DNA from: a virus
DNA: 64,000 nt
IMG/VR virus record: IMGVR_UViG_3300003321_000095
Coordinates: 7,233 to 71,232 of that record
Direction: 5' to 3' (one strand)
Shown: positions 46,493 to 56,051 of the stretch, piece by piece
How positions within the stretch are numbered: position 1 is the first letter of the stretch
Layout: each line of letters begins with the position of its first letter
Notes under the pieces: generated by a model
The model's input: only the letters and a program-made list of their open reading frames with translations
What the model was told of the DNA's origin: nothing
Database searches by the model: none
Position numbers and translations under genes: made by a program

Positions 46493-48669
46493 AAAATTCT
46501 ATGATGTTTAAGGATGTTTTCGTAAAGTTCGGGAGAAACATAGTCGAGTTCTCCGGTTGAGACCTTGTGTTTACTGTAGACTATGATGTTGTTCCGATAC
46601 CAGATATCTATGTTTTTGTTTTTACATATCTTAGTTCTGAGGTGAGTTGAGGGATAGAAGCCTCTCTTTTCAAACTTCTCAGCCCACCAGAAGGCCCATT
46701 TTTCATTGTAGTGGTTGTGTCCCCCCTGACCTGGGATTGCGCCTGAGAAGAGAATTGTGCCCTTGCAATGTCTGCATAAAGTATCTATTAAGGTATCGGC
46801 ATATCTCTCTTCTAAATGCTCGCTAACTTCTACGTTTATAACCAGATCAAACATTCTGTACTCATGGTGCCTCAATCCATCTTCGTGATGGTAATAGGGT
46901 GTTCTTAGATCGTGGTCTACATAATTTTGGATTAAGAGTTTTTCGCGGGGTACGCCGAAGTCTACACCAACCTTCGTCATTGTGTTCGGTAGCACACTGA
47001 GCCAAGAACCCGTGTTGCAGCCAAAATCGATTACCGACTCAACATCCGTCAAATCAATATACTTGAATATCTCTTCAGCGGATCTGCGTGAATCGATGTC
47101 TTCGCGATATTGATCAGAATACTCGTCCGGCTTCTTTCTCCAACTCCATTCTCCAACATATTTTTTTAGTTCTTCTTTCGACATAGCGTCTACTTTATCG
47201 AACTCTGCGGGATTATAATGAGGATTTCTTGTGCTTGAGTTGATACCGATATAATGGTCGAAGTGGTAAAGGTTACCAGGAATACGAGCGATTCTATAAC
47301 CTAATTTTTTGAATCTGCTGTAGCGTTCTCGATCTTCTTTATTGTAGCTGATAAATTTCTCATTCTCGCCACCTCCCTCAAAGAACTTTTCTTTGTTGAA
47401 AAAGATAGCACCACCTACTGATGGGTTTTCGGGTGTGTCTATTCCCTTTGCTGATTTTGAAAATACAGATAGATCATACAGGGGGTAGATTTGGTTTAAG
47501 AGTTTTCGCGAAATCCGGGCGAATAGGTAATCGTAAGGGTAGACCATATCTGCTTGGTTCTTTCGGATCTTCTCGACGGCTTGCCAGATTTGGGCGGGAG
47601 GCAGAGCGACATCACAATCGAAATTGACAACAATGGGAGTGTTCGCAGCTTCCGCCATCTTGTTCAACATCTTCGTGCGATGAAAGTGCTCTATATTGAA
47701 ACTCATGTAATGGCACCACTGCTTAAAATGGCCAAACTGTTTGTTGTCACCAACTTCACCAACTATGATGTTTGTGTCAAATGCTTTCTGTAGCAAGCAG
47801 ACGGACAGTGAGAGGTTCTCAGCGCGATCTCTGCTATCACAGAAAACGGGCAAGGTAAACGTAGTGTCTTTAAGATCGACAGGTTTATCCTCCATTGATT
47901 CCCACCTCTTCAGATAGAAATTGTAATCACCTTCTTTCTTTAAGAGTTTACCATCGAATAACTTAGTTGGTTGAATAACACGAGTTCCTTCTTTCTCTCC
48001 TAAGAATGCTGAAAAAAAATGAAACGTTGAATTAGCAATGATGAAGTTATCACAGAGGCTCATCAAGCACATCTGCTCGATGTCGGAAGAACATTCTGGA
48101 AAGTGTGCGTTCGGCAGACAACCGAAATGGAACTTGCAATAATCCAAGTCATCGCTGATGAAAACGAGATTGTAATTCTCATAATCGAATGTCTTCAGCG
48201 CGTTGATATAATAGGACGGAGATAACACATGATAGTTTCCGTATAACTTGCCGACGTAATCTCCTCTCCTAACGCCAATCGCTATTGTCGGCTTATCAAA
48301 AAGTCTGATGAATTTTTCTTCAGTGTCCGACTTGAAGAGCGGATGGAACTCGAATAACTCTTTAATATTCTTTTCATTCGGCCAGTACTCAGTGTGTTGA
48401 AAATATCCTTCAATATCTGTGATCGTTTCTTCACTCCACCACTTAGCATCCTGATGAATATCGTAATATCGATACGACTTCTCCTTATAAATATTATCTG
48501 TTTTAACATTTCCTCTGGGAAACTCGTTTTTAAAATATTTGTGATAAGGCCATTCGGAAGGTATCCACCAGTCAACACCGTACGTATTTGACATTGCGTG
48601 CAGGAGGGCTATTTGAAATAAATTATTTCCTAGTCTCCCGAGTTTTCCTAACTTACTAAACTGCAACAT
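46489..48669 (-). CDS. fusion: GT11 alpha-1,2-fucosyltransferase-like + GT7/GT2-like glycosyltransferase + class I SAM methyltransferase
   Basis: GT11: GRLGNNLFQ, EGYFQ, VRRGDY, IIANSTF. GT-A: FDCD, VGGAIF, GGENEKF.SY..ED. MTase: IDFGCNTG, DLVINVEVSEHL, AIPGQGG.NHYNE. Confidence 0.85.
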   Translation of the reverse strand: MLQFSKLGKLGRLGNNLFQIALLHAMSNTYGVDWWIPSEWPYHKYFKNEFPRGNVKTDNIYKEKSYRYYDIHQDAKWWSEETITDIEGYFQHTEYWPNEKNIKELFEFHPLFKSDTEEKFIRLFDKPTIAIGVRRGDYVGKLYGNYHVLSPSYYINALKTFDYENYNLVFISDDLDYCKFHFGCLPNAHFPECSSDIEQMCLMSLCDNFIIANSTFHFFSAFLGEKEGTRVIQPTKLFDGKLLKKEGDYNFYLKRWESMEDKPVDLKDTTFTLPVFCDSRDRAENLSLSVCLLQKAFDTNIIVGEVGDNKQFGHFKQWCHYMSFNIEHFHRTKMLNKMAEAANTPIVVNFDCDVALPPAQIWQAVEKIRKNQADMVYPYDYLFARISRKLLNQIYPLYDLSVFSKSAKGIDTPENPSVGGAIFFNKEKFFEGGGENEKFISYNKEDRERYSRFKKLGYRIARIPGNLYHFDHYIGINSSTRNPHYNPAEFDKVDAMSKEELKKYVGEWSWRKKPDEYSDQYREDIDSRRSAEEIFKYIDLTDVESVIDFGCNTGSWLSVLPNTMTKVGVDFGVPREKLLIQNYVDHDLRTPYYHHEDGLRHHEYRMFDLVINVEVSEHLEERYADTLIDTLCRHCKGTILFSGAIPGQGGHNHYNEKWAFWWAEKFEKRGFYPSTHLRTKICKNKNIDIWYRNNIIVYSKHKVSTGELDYVSPELYENILKHHRIL

Positions 48670-48856
48670 AAGTTGTCCTCTGCACTTCTTCTACTTTATT
48701 CTTTGTTTCGATTACTTTAAGTGTTAGAACCATTTCATCTGTGTCAATGTCGTTATCAATCACAGCAGAACCAATAAAAGAACGATGTTTGTCGACTGCT
48801 TCGATGAGTTCTTTGATCTTTTGAAAATCATCTTCGGGAATGAGATAGTATGTCAT
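48656..48856 (-). CDS. hypothetical protein
   Basis: 66-aa ORF, operonic. Confidence 0.55.
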   Translation of the reverse strand: MTYYLIPEDDFQKIKELIEAVDKHRSFIGSAVIDNDIDTDEMVLTLKVIETKNKVEEVQRTTYVAV

Positions 48857-48857
48857 A

Positions 48858-49862
48858 TTAATAAATGTTGTTTCCTATAATTTTGTAGTTATTCACTCGG
48901 AAGTCACCATCTTTGTTCAAGAAATCAATTGTCGCAAAGCCATGATTCCAGTTGTTGATCGGAGCGTAGTCTGGATTGAGTAGGCATAGACAACCTGTCG
49001 AATAAGCTACGTGGCTGTTTCCTTTGAGATCCTTACATGAGTACTCGCTGATTTGATGTGTGTGACTACCAATCACGTTCGTCTGACTCTTGAGGTAGAA
49101 TGATCTGGCTGGTATGACTGAGGCATTGCTGTTTTGAAACTCGTGTCCATGAACGATGACAATCTTACCTGCGTGAATAAGTCGTTTATACTTGACCGCT
49201 TCGATTCCATACTCTTTCAACCGCAACATTTTTTCAAGATGAAACTCCTCGAAACCCCAAACCTCCGGTGCTTTTCTCCACAAGAATTTCTCCCATCTTT
49301 CGTCATGATTTCCGAATTTGTAAATGATTTTCGCGTAAGAGAAAGTCTTGCTCAGTTGTTCCAAAAAGTTCCTAGCGACATCGATCTCGTATTTGAAATC
49401 TCGTTCGTCCGGTCGTTTCTCGAATGTTGATAGCTGATAACAATCCAGGATATCACCGTTTAAGATGATATGTGTTGGTTTGTATTTCTTGAGATGATCG
49501 AGTGCTGTTGTAACCGCTGCGTTATTTGAAAACGGCAAGTGTAGATCTGGTAGGACCGCTACTCTGGTCTTCTCATCAACCTTGATATTGTACGGAACAA
49601 ATCGTTGTTTCTCCTGTTCGGGAAGAGCGTATGGATTTATTACTGTACCGTTTTTAAAGTGTTTAACTTCTTTGATTGGTTTACGATCAGCAGCGCCGTG
49701 CGATCCTCTCGCTCTCCTTAAATGCTGACGAGCATCTTCTTTGTTGTCGTACAGGAGGGGATATTCTTTGACGAGAATGTCCGCGAGGTTCGAGTTACCT
49801 GTTGAGGGATATTTAAAAATTGCTTCTTCTGCCTTAAGACGTTTGGTTGTTTTCTCTGCCAT
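48858..49862 (-). CDS. calcineurin-like metallophosphoesterase
   Basis: PDLH, NGDILD, GNHD, HGH and SHTH motifs. Confidence 0.9.
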   Translation of the reverse strand: MAEKTTKRLKAEEAIFKYPSTGNSNLADILVKEYPLLYDNKEDARQHLRRARGSHGAADRKPIKEVKHFKNGTVINPYALPEQEKQRFVPYNIKVDEKTRVAVLPDLHLPFSNNAAVTTALDHLKKYKPTHIILNGDILDCYQLSTFEKRPDERDFKYEIDVARNFLEQLSKTFSYAKIIYKFGNHDERWEKFLWRKAPEVWGFEEFHLEKMLRLKEYGIEAVKYKRLIHAGKIVIVHGHEFQNSNASVIPARSFYLKSQTNVIGSHTHQISEYSCKDLKGNSHVAYSTGCLCLLNPDYAPINNWNHGFATIDFLNKDGDFRVNNYKIIGNNIY

Positions 49863-50152
49863 TATGCTGTCTTTCGTGGAGTGTTGATTTTGGAACTAGG
49901 AGTGTTTGTGGGAGTCGGTATATTCACCTTCCTATATGAATGATCGTTATAACCAATCTTCGTACTCATCAATCGACTCACTCGTGCGAGAGGAGATTTC
50001 TTAAACAATACTTTTAGAACCGTTGTCTGAATCTTTCGTAGTATCTTATACTCTTCGTAACTCATATTGTCCGGTCGACGAGTGATGATCTCTTTGTCCT
50101 TAAAGACTATCTGAGCCGTAGAGTCCTCTATTTTTGATTCGTTTGATTTCAT
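49862..50152 (-). CDS. hypothetical basic protein
   Basis: 96 aa; R..NMSYEEYK.LR motif. Confidence 0.6.
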   Translation of the reverse strand: MKSNESKIEDSTAQIVFKDKEIITRRPDNMSYEEYKILRKIQTTVLKVLFKKSPLARVSRLMSTKIGYNDHSYRKVNIPTPTNTPSSKINTPRKTA

Positions 50153-50357
50153 CTATATTTTCTGAAAATATTTTTGTAAACTCTTTCAGGTTTGTCGAGA
50201 AAGGACAATTGAATCCTCTCTTGATTTTACCGTGTTCGATCATCACACGATAACCTCTATCCTTGATGGCTATTATAGTGTAAGTCGTATCCGGAAGATC
50301 TTTTACAATGTCGCGAGCGGTCATATCAAACCACTCGTGCTGCAATTCTATATTCAT
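50100..50357 (-). CDS. hypothetical protein
   Basis: 85-aa ORF with ATGA coupling. Confidence 0.55.
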   Translation of the reverse strand: MNIELQHEWFDMTARDIVKDLPDTTYTIIAIKDRGYRVMIEHGKIKRGFNCPFSTNLKEFTKIFSENIDEIKRIKNRGLYGSDSL

Positions 50358-51103
50358 TGTATGTTATGAATTATTCGTCTGCCTGTTTCTACGAGAAGAG
50401 CATAATGTGCTTCGAGCAGGTCTGTGTAATCGAGATTAGTGCGGCGATCATCGCTACCATATCGCTTCAATGCTTCCGAAGCTTTTGAGATGTTCACACC
50501 AGCGCCGAGCACAGAACTGTAGCCGTCTTCATCATCGACAGCATTCGAAGGAGAAGTAACTTCTTCTACGTAGAAAATCAACTCAGAAAGAGCGTCATAG
50601 AGAATGGGATCGAAGTTTCTGATATTGACGAGTGATTCACCGATCTTGTGTAGGTACTTGTCCTCCTGGTCACTTTGAATGACATTCATCACTTGTTCTG
50701 AGGTGAGATTAGGTATTTGTTGTTGCGGTTGCTCCACTCCTAGTGCTTGTTTTAATGATTGATTTTTCTCTTTGATCCATACTAAAAGCATGTGAAGGTC
50801 TCTCTCTGCGAGATTCAAAGAGAGAATGTTATTCTTGGTGATTTCTATTATCTCAGAACGATAGTTGTACTCGCTTTCCTCTCCTGTTATCAGAACAGGT
50901 AAGTAAACAGCAGTCATTTTCTTCGTCTCATCCATATAAACGAGACGATATGTCTTTGTTTCACGATTGACGACTGCGCGGTATACAAAACCTCCTTTGG
51001 GCTGACCTACGTTGTTCTCATTATCGATGGGATCAAACCACTCGAAACTCTTAACGTAGAGATATACTATTTCACTGTTATCTGTTGTGTCGGGTAGTTT
51101 CAT
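50354..51103 (-). CDS. hypothetical protein
   Basis: 249-aa ORF, operonic. Confidence 0.7.
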   Translation of the reverse strand: MKLPDTTDNSEIVYLYVKSFEWFDPIDNENNVGQPKGGFVYRAVVNRETKTYRLVYMDETKKMTAVYLPVLITGEESEYNYRSEIIEITKNNILSLNLAERDLHMLLVWIKEKNQSLKQALGVEQPQQQIPNLTSEQVMNVIQSDQEDKYLHKIGESLVNIRNFDPILYDALSELIFYVEEVTSPSNAVDDEDGYSSVLGAGVNISKASEALKRYGSDDRRTNLDYTDLLEAHYALLVETGRRIIHNIQ

Positions 51104-51765
51104 AGTTTCGCGTTTACTCTGTCGATTGTACTCATCTCTTCTCCTTCTTCGTCTGTGTCAGGCACACCAACTAAATCAGCAGATGTATTCGTCGTGATGT
51201 TCATCTGGATAGGTTCTTTTGACTTGATTCTCTGTTCGAGATCTTTTCGAACGACATAGAGAGCGTTGATACCAGCACCAAACTTCATGGCTTTCTCTGT
51301 CAACTTAAAAGCTAATTCGGGATCTTTGTTAGCCATCTTCATCTTGTCCATCTCCATCATCTCACGAGCTTCTGTGATCTGACGGTTAATGGCTGCTAAT
51401 GCGGCTTTATCTTCATCGAACTGATGTTCTCTATACCAGTTAATCGCTTTCTCAACGTTATCAACTTTACCGTTGATTAGATTTCGAACATTTCTGTCTG
51501 GGCGACCGTCTGCTTCAGTACCTAAATAACCGGCGATCCTGGCTGCTTTCTCACGCTTTATCTTATCGGGAAGTGTGCGAAGAGGATTATCGTAATCTGT
51601 GTCGGCTACCAGACACACGAAGAAAAACTGACTACTTGTTAGATCGGTTAATTCTTTGATTGCGCGAGCGCCAGGATTAAGTTCGTGAATGTCTTTGTCG
51701 TGGATGAGTTTGAATAGCATCAGAGAATACCTTTCATTGAAAGAAGTAATCTGACCGATTTCCAA
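51100..51765 (-). CDS. hypothetical protein (weak terminase-small-subunit candidate)
   Basis: 221 aa, helical with acidic tail; D.DNP motif; function is a guess from architecture. Confidence 0.6.
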   Translation of the reverse strand: MEIGQITSFNERYSLMLFKLIHDKDIHELNPGARAIKELTDLTSSQFFFVCLVADTDYDNPLRTLPDKIKREKAARIAGYLGTEADGRPDRNVRNLINGKVDNVEKAINWYREHQFDEDKAALAAINRQITEAREMMEMDKMKMANKDPELAFKLTEKAMKFGAGINALYVVRKDLEQRIKSKEPIQMNITTNTSADLVGVPDTDEEGEEMSTIDRVNAKL

Positions 51766-52154
51766 TCAACGTACGGACGCTCGTCGTCCGCTTGAATCAA
51801 AGGACAACCTAACGCAGCGTCATCGATATAGATATGAGCGTAACATTTTGGACTTTCTGTCCAGTTATGTTGAGTTGGATTTTTTTGAATTCCGTAAAGA
51901 GGGATTCCTTTACGTTTGAACCATGCAACGGCCTCGTCAAGATGTTTTCCTTTATGATTAACCGGGACATCGTCACTAAATCCTTCATGTTCTTGACTAT
52001 TTGATCTCATCGTATATAGTATCAAACGATGACCATTAGTGACCAATTCGCGAAGAACATCTTCAGCACCGATATCTTTTCCTATTTCAGGGAACTCGTG
52101 AGTCACGCAGGTTCCGTCAAAATCTATCGCGAATATTATCGAATTGCTTTGCAT
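51720..52154 (-). CDS. HAD-superfamily phosphatase (BT0820-like)
   Basis: AIDFDGTCV, LILYTMR, SPK.YA and YIDD motifs. Confidence 0.9.
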   Translation of the reverse strand: MQSNSIIFAIDFDGTCVTHEFPEIGKDIGAEDVLRELVTNGHRLILYTMRSNSQEHEGFSDDVPVNHKGKHLDEAVAWFKRKGIPLYGIQKNPTQHNWTESPKCYAHIYIDDAALGCPLIQADDERPYVDWKSVRLLLSMKGIL

Positions 52155-52271
52155 ATTTCCAGTAGTTTAGTGAGATATTCTTCAGACTTGTCGGACAGTT
52201 GGTCGAAGTATACTGTACCGTCCGACTTAGTGATTTTAAGTATCTGTTCGATGAGTTTAGCTTTCTTGTCT

Positions 52272-52664
52272 TTAACCGCCGCCATGTATTAATGATAGGA
52301 TTAGTATGATTCCAGCACCGACGAAAGCGCCTGTTTTTTGTCGCTTTTGTTTCTTGACTTCTTTGTTCAAATCTTCAATAGCGTTATTTGTTATTTCTAA
52401 TTCTTTATTTTTGAGAAGTAGTTGTTTGGAGTGAGTAGTTGAATCATTCACGTAAGTTTTGATGATTGCGCTATCGGCAGTTACCATTTGTTCGAGCAGG
52501 GTGATGTCTGCTTTGAGATTGACAACACGATCTTCGAGAACCTTACGTTTCTCGTTCTGCTCTAAGAACCAGCGGGCCGCATCGTCGGGAATAGTGACGG
52601 TTTGGGCGCCGCTGGCTGTTGCAAAAAATAAAAACAACACTATTAAAAAACTCTTCACAATCAA
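52272..52664 (-). CDS. envelope coiled-coil protein (spanin-like)
   Basis: Signal peptide, coiled coil and C-terminal TM. Confidence 0.55.
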   Translation of the reverse strand: MIVKSFLIVLFLFFATASGAQTVTIPDDAARWFLEQNEKRKVLEDRVVNLKADITLLEQMVTADSAIIKTYVNDSTTHSKQLLLKNKELEITNNAIEDLNKEVKKQKRQKTGAFVGAGIILILSLIHGGG

Positions 52665-53011
52665 TGATTTTTATTGTACTCAAGCATCATCTGCGCTTGA
52701 AGTTGTTCCGAGGTCAAGTTCTTGAATTTGCCTGGAATGATTTTTAATTTGGCATCGTCGATAGAATCCTGCCTAATATGATCGAGATGAAGAGCAACAA
52801 GAGAATCGTACCGTAACCGAATAGAATCTCTTTGTTTTTCTGAAATCTTGAGAAGATGCTCGTACGCCAACTCTTTTGTATGAAGAGAATCCTGGACTTG
52901 TTTGTTGTCGACATTTTGATGAGGTGGTGGATTGAAAAGTAAAACTATCGCTATTCCGATCAACAGACCGAAAACACTAAGGAATGGTATCTTATACTTT
53001 TGCTCCGCCAT
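52661..53011 (-). CDS. i-spanin-like membrane-anchored coiled-coil protein
   Basis: N-terminal TM followed by a periplasmic coiled coil (DSL/DSI repeats). Confidence 0.55.
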   Translation of the reverse strand: MAEQKYKIPFLSVFGLLIGIAIVLLFNPPPHQNVDNKQVQDSLHTKELAYEHLLKISEKQRDSIRLRYDSLVALHLDHIRQDSIDDAKLKIIPGKFKNLTSEQLQAQMMLEYNKNH

Positions 53012-53459
53012 TGCGTATTTCTCTTGCCTGTTTAAGTGTATCGGTCGCCAAGTTCCAATATCCGAACGCTTCGTGCCATAACGTATTGAATGCTTTATTG
53101 CTCTCGATCACGTTTCTATATGCGGCGAATGTTGTAGTGATTTTAGGTTCGAGCAAACTGTGTAGTTCTTCGAGATCGTCGAGTATTCTGTTATCCTTAG
53201 ATGAGGTTTTCTCACTCAGGCGAAGGAAGTCAGATTGCATTCTGTATTTATCTTCGTCGAAAGAAACAACAGAGCCTAATGAAGCAAGTGTACTAGCGGT
53301 GCGTCTCACATTGAATGCGTACCAGGTGAGCGCGTAGTTCATGTCTTCTAACAAAGAACATGCTTGAACATTCTCAGTAGTCGCGGAGATATCACCCAAA
53401 TCAGTCAAAATAATACACAACTCTTCGAGAAGTAAGTTAGGAGATTCGCCTTTCGTCAT
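52992..53459 (-). CDS. hypothetical helical protein
   Basis: Start re-assigned to ATG 53459 (MTKGES), coupled to the upstream small ORF. Confidence 0.6.
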   Translation of the reverse strand: MTKGESPNLLLEELCIILTDLGDISATTENVQACSLLEDMNYALTWYAFNVRRTASTLASLGSVVSFDEDKYRMQSDFLRLSEKTSSKDNRILDDLEELHSLLEPKITTTFAAYRNVIESNKAFNTLWHEAFGYWNLATDTLKQAREIRNGGAKV

Positions 53460-53614
53460 AGAAACAGAGATCCAAATATTGCGCCTACGACAACACCAAT
53501 AGCACCACAAAACCACATTCTGAATTTCATGAGTCCGACAGTTGTATCGAAATCAAGATTCCTTCGACAGAAATCATCAAGAATGTCTTCAACACTTTCA
53601 ATCTTTCTTTTCAT
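53456..53614 (-). CDS. small membrane protein (52 aa; not in ORF track)
   Basis: MKRKIESVEDILDDFCRRNLDFDTTVGLMKFRMWFCGAIGVVVGAIFGSLFL*. Confidence 0.55.
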   Translation of the reverse strand: MKRKIESVEDILDDFCRRNLDFDTTVGLMKFRMWFCGAIGVVVGAIFGSLFL

Positions 53615-54017
53615 AGTGGTGCTTTTTATCACAGATATTAGTTGTAGAGATCGTTAAGGCGTGAGTGGCGTGTTTGAAATTGTTTTTCAGAGGTGTCACA
53701 AAAACGATAAAACCACTACCTTCGTTATGAATCGCCATCATTGTGTAGATATCGTCGTTGAGTTGATTCACCAGGAGGATCTTCTTAGACGGATACTCGA
53801 CAAGCGCCAGTGTGTCTGTCTCTGTGACGAAACCGAATCGATCAGGACCAGCCATCATGAGTACACGTTGCTTGCCGCAAGAGTATTTTGCTGTCTCTGT
53901 GACAGGTGAACGCTCCACCCACAGGTCGAGCTTCGCCGCTTGAAGTTGGGCAAAGCCGACCGTAGGAAGGAAGGAGGGGAGTAAACCTAAAACGCAGAAC
54001 AATAAATATCTTTTCAT
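53598..54017 (-). CDS. secreted hypothetical protein
   Basis: Signal peptide ending GFA-Q; beta-rich mature part. Confidence 0.65.
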   Translation of the reverse strand: MKRYLLFCVLGLLPSFLPTVGFAQLQAAKLDLWVERSPVTETAKYSCGKQRVLMMAGPDRFGFVTETDTLALVEYPSKKILLVNQLNDDIYTMMAIHNEGSGFIVFVTPLKNNFKHATHALTISTTNICDKKHHYEKKD

Positions 54018-54029
54018 AATTTGATTTCT

Positions 54030-54440
54030 TAAAAGTCCGGATGACGACTGTTCACGTCTACGAGTTCACCGGTCCGATATCAAACCGATCATTTCCAGCA
54101 TCTTAAAATGAGATTGACCTTCCCTCTGTCCCGATCCTGCCATAGCGCAGATTGGACGAACCTGTACGCGGCAAAGGGTATCTATGGTTTGTTAAGGTCA
54201 ATGTTTTTAAAGAACGTTTTTGCTCTATTGAGCGTTGTGCCGACTCCTGTATCCTTCAGATTTCTCTGGGAACGCGATTCACCCGTTCGGCTTGGGATCT
54301 GGTCTATTCAATCTTTAAGAGCAGATGAAAGGTCGTAGTATTGACTGAGTCAACCGATTGAACCTTTTGATATTTCCATGAACGTTTGTCTCGTTAGAGA
54401 CTTTGTAAGAGTCGGCTCGTTTCCGTATGACCGACTCTCT
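54030..54440 (-). ncRNA. putative large structured ncRNA
   Basis: About 480-nt gap without a credible minus-strand ORF; nested stems 54113-21/54194-202 (9 bp), 54122-28/54172-78 and 54408-15/54431-38, plus several hairpins; promoter-like motif just upstream. Confidence 0.5.
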
Positions 54441-54485
54441 AAAAACACACAACTATTTTTTAAATTGACTACTCTTTATTTAACG

Positions 54486-54515
54486 TAAGATGCTATCTAA
54501 GGTTGCAAAGTTACT
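54486..54515 (-). promoter_or_regulatory. putative promoter (AGTAAC-N17-CATCTTA; also contains TAACTTTG)
   Basis: Variant of the ECF-like motif with the same spacing; also overlaps a TAnnTTTG box. Confidence 0.4.
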
Positions 54516-55213
54516 AGAGATTTTTGTAGGAATCTTCTAAAGATATTGGCGCAAGCCAAGACATCCTGAGCGCAATATTCAGCGATTTTTGCGTGATTTC
54601 CTTTGTAATACTCGTCAGAGACTTCGTTACCGTGCATTGTTGTTTTCGGATTGGCTAGACCAAGTGCGGCAGCGACAGCCATTAGAGAGTCTGGATAGAA
54701 AGAGTTTCCTTGCCAGACTTTAGATAGGTCGAGACTGACTATCTCCCAGGGTTTCAAAGATCCCTGGTCTAGCAATGAGGGTAGCGTAATGTCGTTCACA
54801 AGCATCCTCTTTGTGAGGAACGGTCCATCAAATCCGACACTATTAAAACCTGTCGGTGTAAGATCGACATGTGCCGCGTTGACTGAAGTCAAATCTTTTG
54901 CAAAATCGCTGAGTAGTTTTTTCTCATCGGGTCCACTATACGCTTTGAGTCTGAGAACATTATCTGTGATGCGACCAGCGACGATACAGGCTACTTTAGC
55001 GAATGGTGCGTAAAGAGCAGCCTTTTCCATAAAATATTCTTCAGGAGTGAACTCTTCACCAGTCTTCTTTTTCATTTCGCTGTTATAGCGATTTTTGTGT
55101 TCCCATGCGAGTTTGAGTGGCTCGGGCAGACTCTTATAATCTTTCGCACAGCGCGAGGTCTCTATATCGTAAAACAGAAGATCTGATTCGTTATACTGTC
55201 GGAGTTGTTTCAT
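54497..55213 (-). CDS. PolB-related 3'-5' exonuclease (DEDDy)
   Basis: FYDIET, GFNSVGFDGPFL and YCAQDV motifs. Confidence 0.85.
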   Translation of the reverse strand: MKQLRQYNESDLLFYDIETSRCAKDYKSLPEPLKLAWEHKNRYNSEMKKKTGEEFTPEEYFMEKAALYAPFAKVACIVAGRITDNVLRLKAYSGPDEKKLLSDFAKDLTSVNAAHVDLTPTGFNSVGFDGPFLTKRMLVNDITLPSLLDQGSLKPWEIVSLDLSKVWQGNSFYPDSLMAVAAALGLANPKTTMHGNEVSDEYYKGNHAKIAEYCAQDVLACANIFRRFLQKSLVTLQP

Positions 55214-55373
55214 TCTTTAATCAGTAAAGTGTAAACTAAGCGAATATTTCGCCACGTGTATTCGAGACCCAAACTTTCAATCAGTTGCTTGAGGTACATT
55301 TTGAACGCGCTCCTACCCATCATTATAGGAGCGTCAAAGTTAAAATCGATATTTACTAAACTCGCTTCGATGC

Positions 55374-56051
55374 TCATCTTTCTAATAATTCTTTCGGTAC
55401 GTCTCTTTTCAAATACAACAAATCATACACTTCATCGAACGCTTCTTGTCCTTTCTCGCCGTACTGCTTGTTGTACAGTCCAAGCACTTTCTCTTTCATC
55501 TGCTCGATTGTCAATCCTTCGAGAAGTGGCGGCGCTTTCGCTTTGCCGATCCTGTTGATTCCCGGAACGTTATCACTGCTATCTCCAATCAACATCTGAC
55601 AGTAGAAATTGAACCAAGCTGTGTCTTCGTCTTGCTCTACAATCGTATTGTGATAAGTATTGTAGATATGACCAGGAAGTTGAAGAAGATCTTTGTCATG
55701 TGAGACTACGATAGTCCTACCAGGCGCATGAAGTGTTGCCAGAGCATCATCGCATTCAAAGCCATTAACCACAATCGCACCTTTAAAGTCGACCATGTAA
55801 TCTCGCAGGTCGTTGAAGAACCTAGGTTTGAACGAAGGTCTATTTCCTTTGTATGGTTTGATAGTCGCTCGCTCATATCTGAAGTTGCCTTTACCTGTTA
55901 AAAATATTTTCGATTTGTTTTCGAACAACTCTTCTATTCGCGCAATGAACTCGTCGATGTCGGCAACACAATCTGTCCATGCAATATTTTCTTTTGTTGT
56001 GAGTGCTCGCCAAACTTGAAGATCACCGTCGATAAGTGGAATGAGGTTCAT
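55374..56051 (-). CDS. 5'-3' exonuclease / flap endonuclease (T7 gp6-like)
   Basis: IDGD, YKGNR, ECDD, SHDKDLLQ and GDSSDNVPGI.RIG motifs. Confidence 0.9.
   Translation of the reverse strand: MNLIPLIDGDLQVWRALTTKENIAWTDCVADIDEFIARIEELFENKSKIFLTGKGNFRYERATIKPYKGNRPSFKPRFFNDLRDYMVDFKGAIVVNGFECDDALATLHAPGRTIVVSHDKDLLQLPGHIYNTYHNTIVEQDEDTAWFNFYCQMLIGDSSDNVPGINRIGKAKAPPLLEGLTIEQMKEKVLGLYNKQYGEKGQEAFDEVYDLLYLKRDVPKELLER

Noticed and set aside
52310-52335. GAFVGA resembling the GAFTGA loop of sigma54 activators
   Set aside because: Lies in the C-terminal TM helix of a 130-aa envelope protein with no AAA+ Walker motifs.
54030-54300. RNase P RNA or tmRNA
   Set aside because: AAAGTCCGG resembles part of RNase P CR-I, but the GAGG prefix and CR-V are missing; no tmRNA tRNA-like ends.
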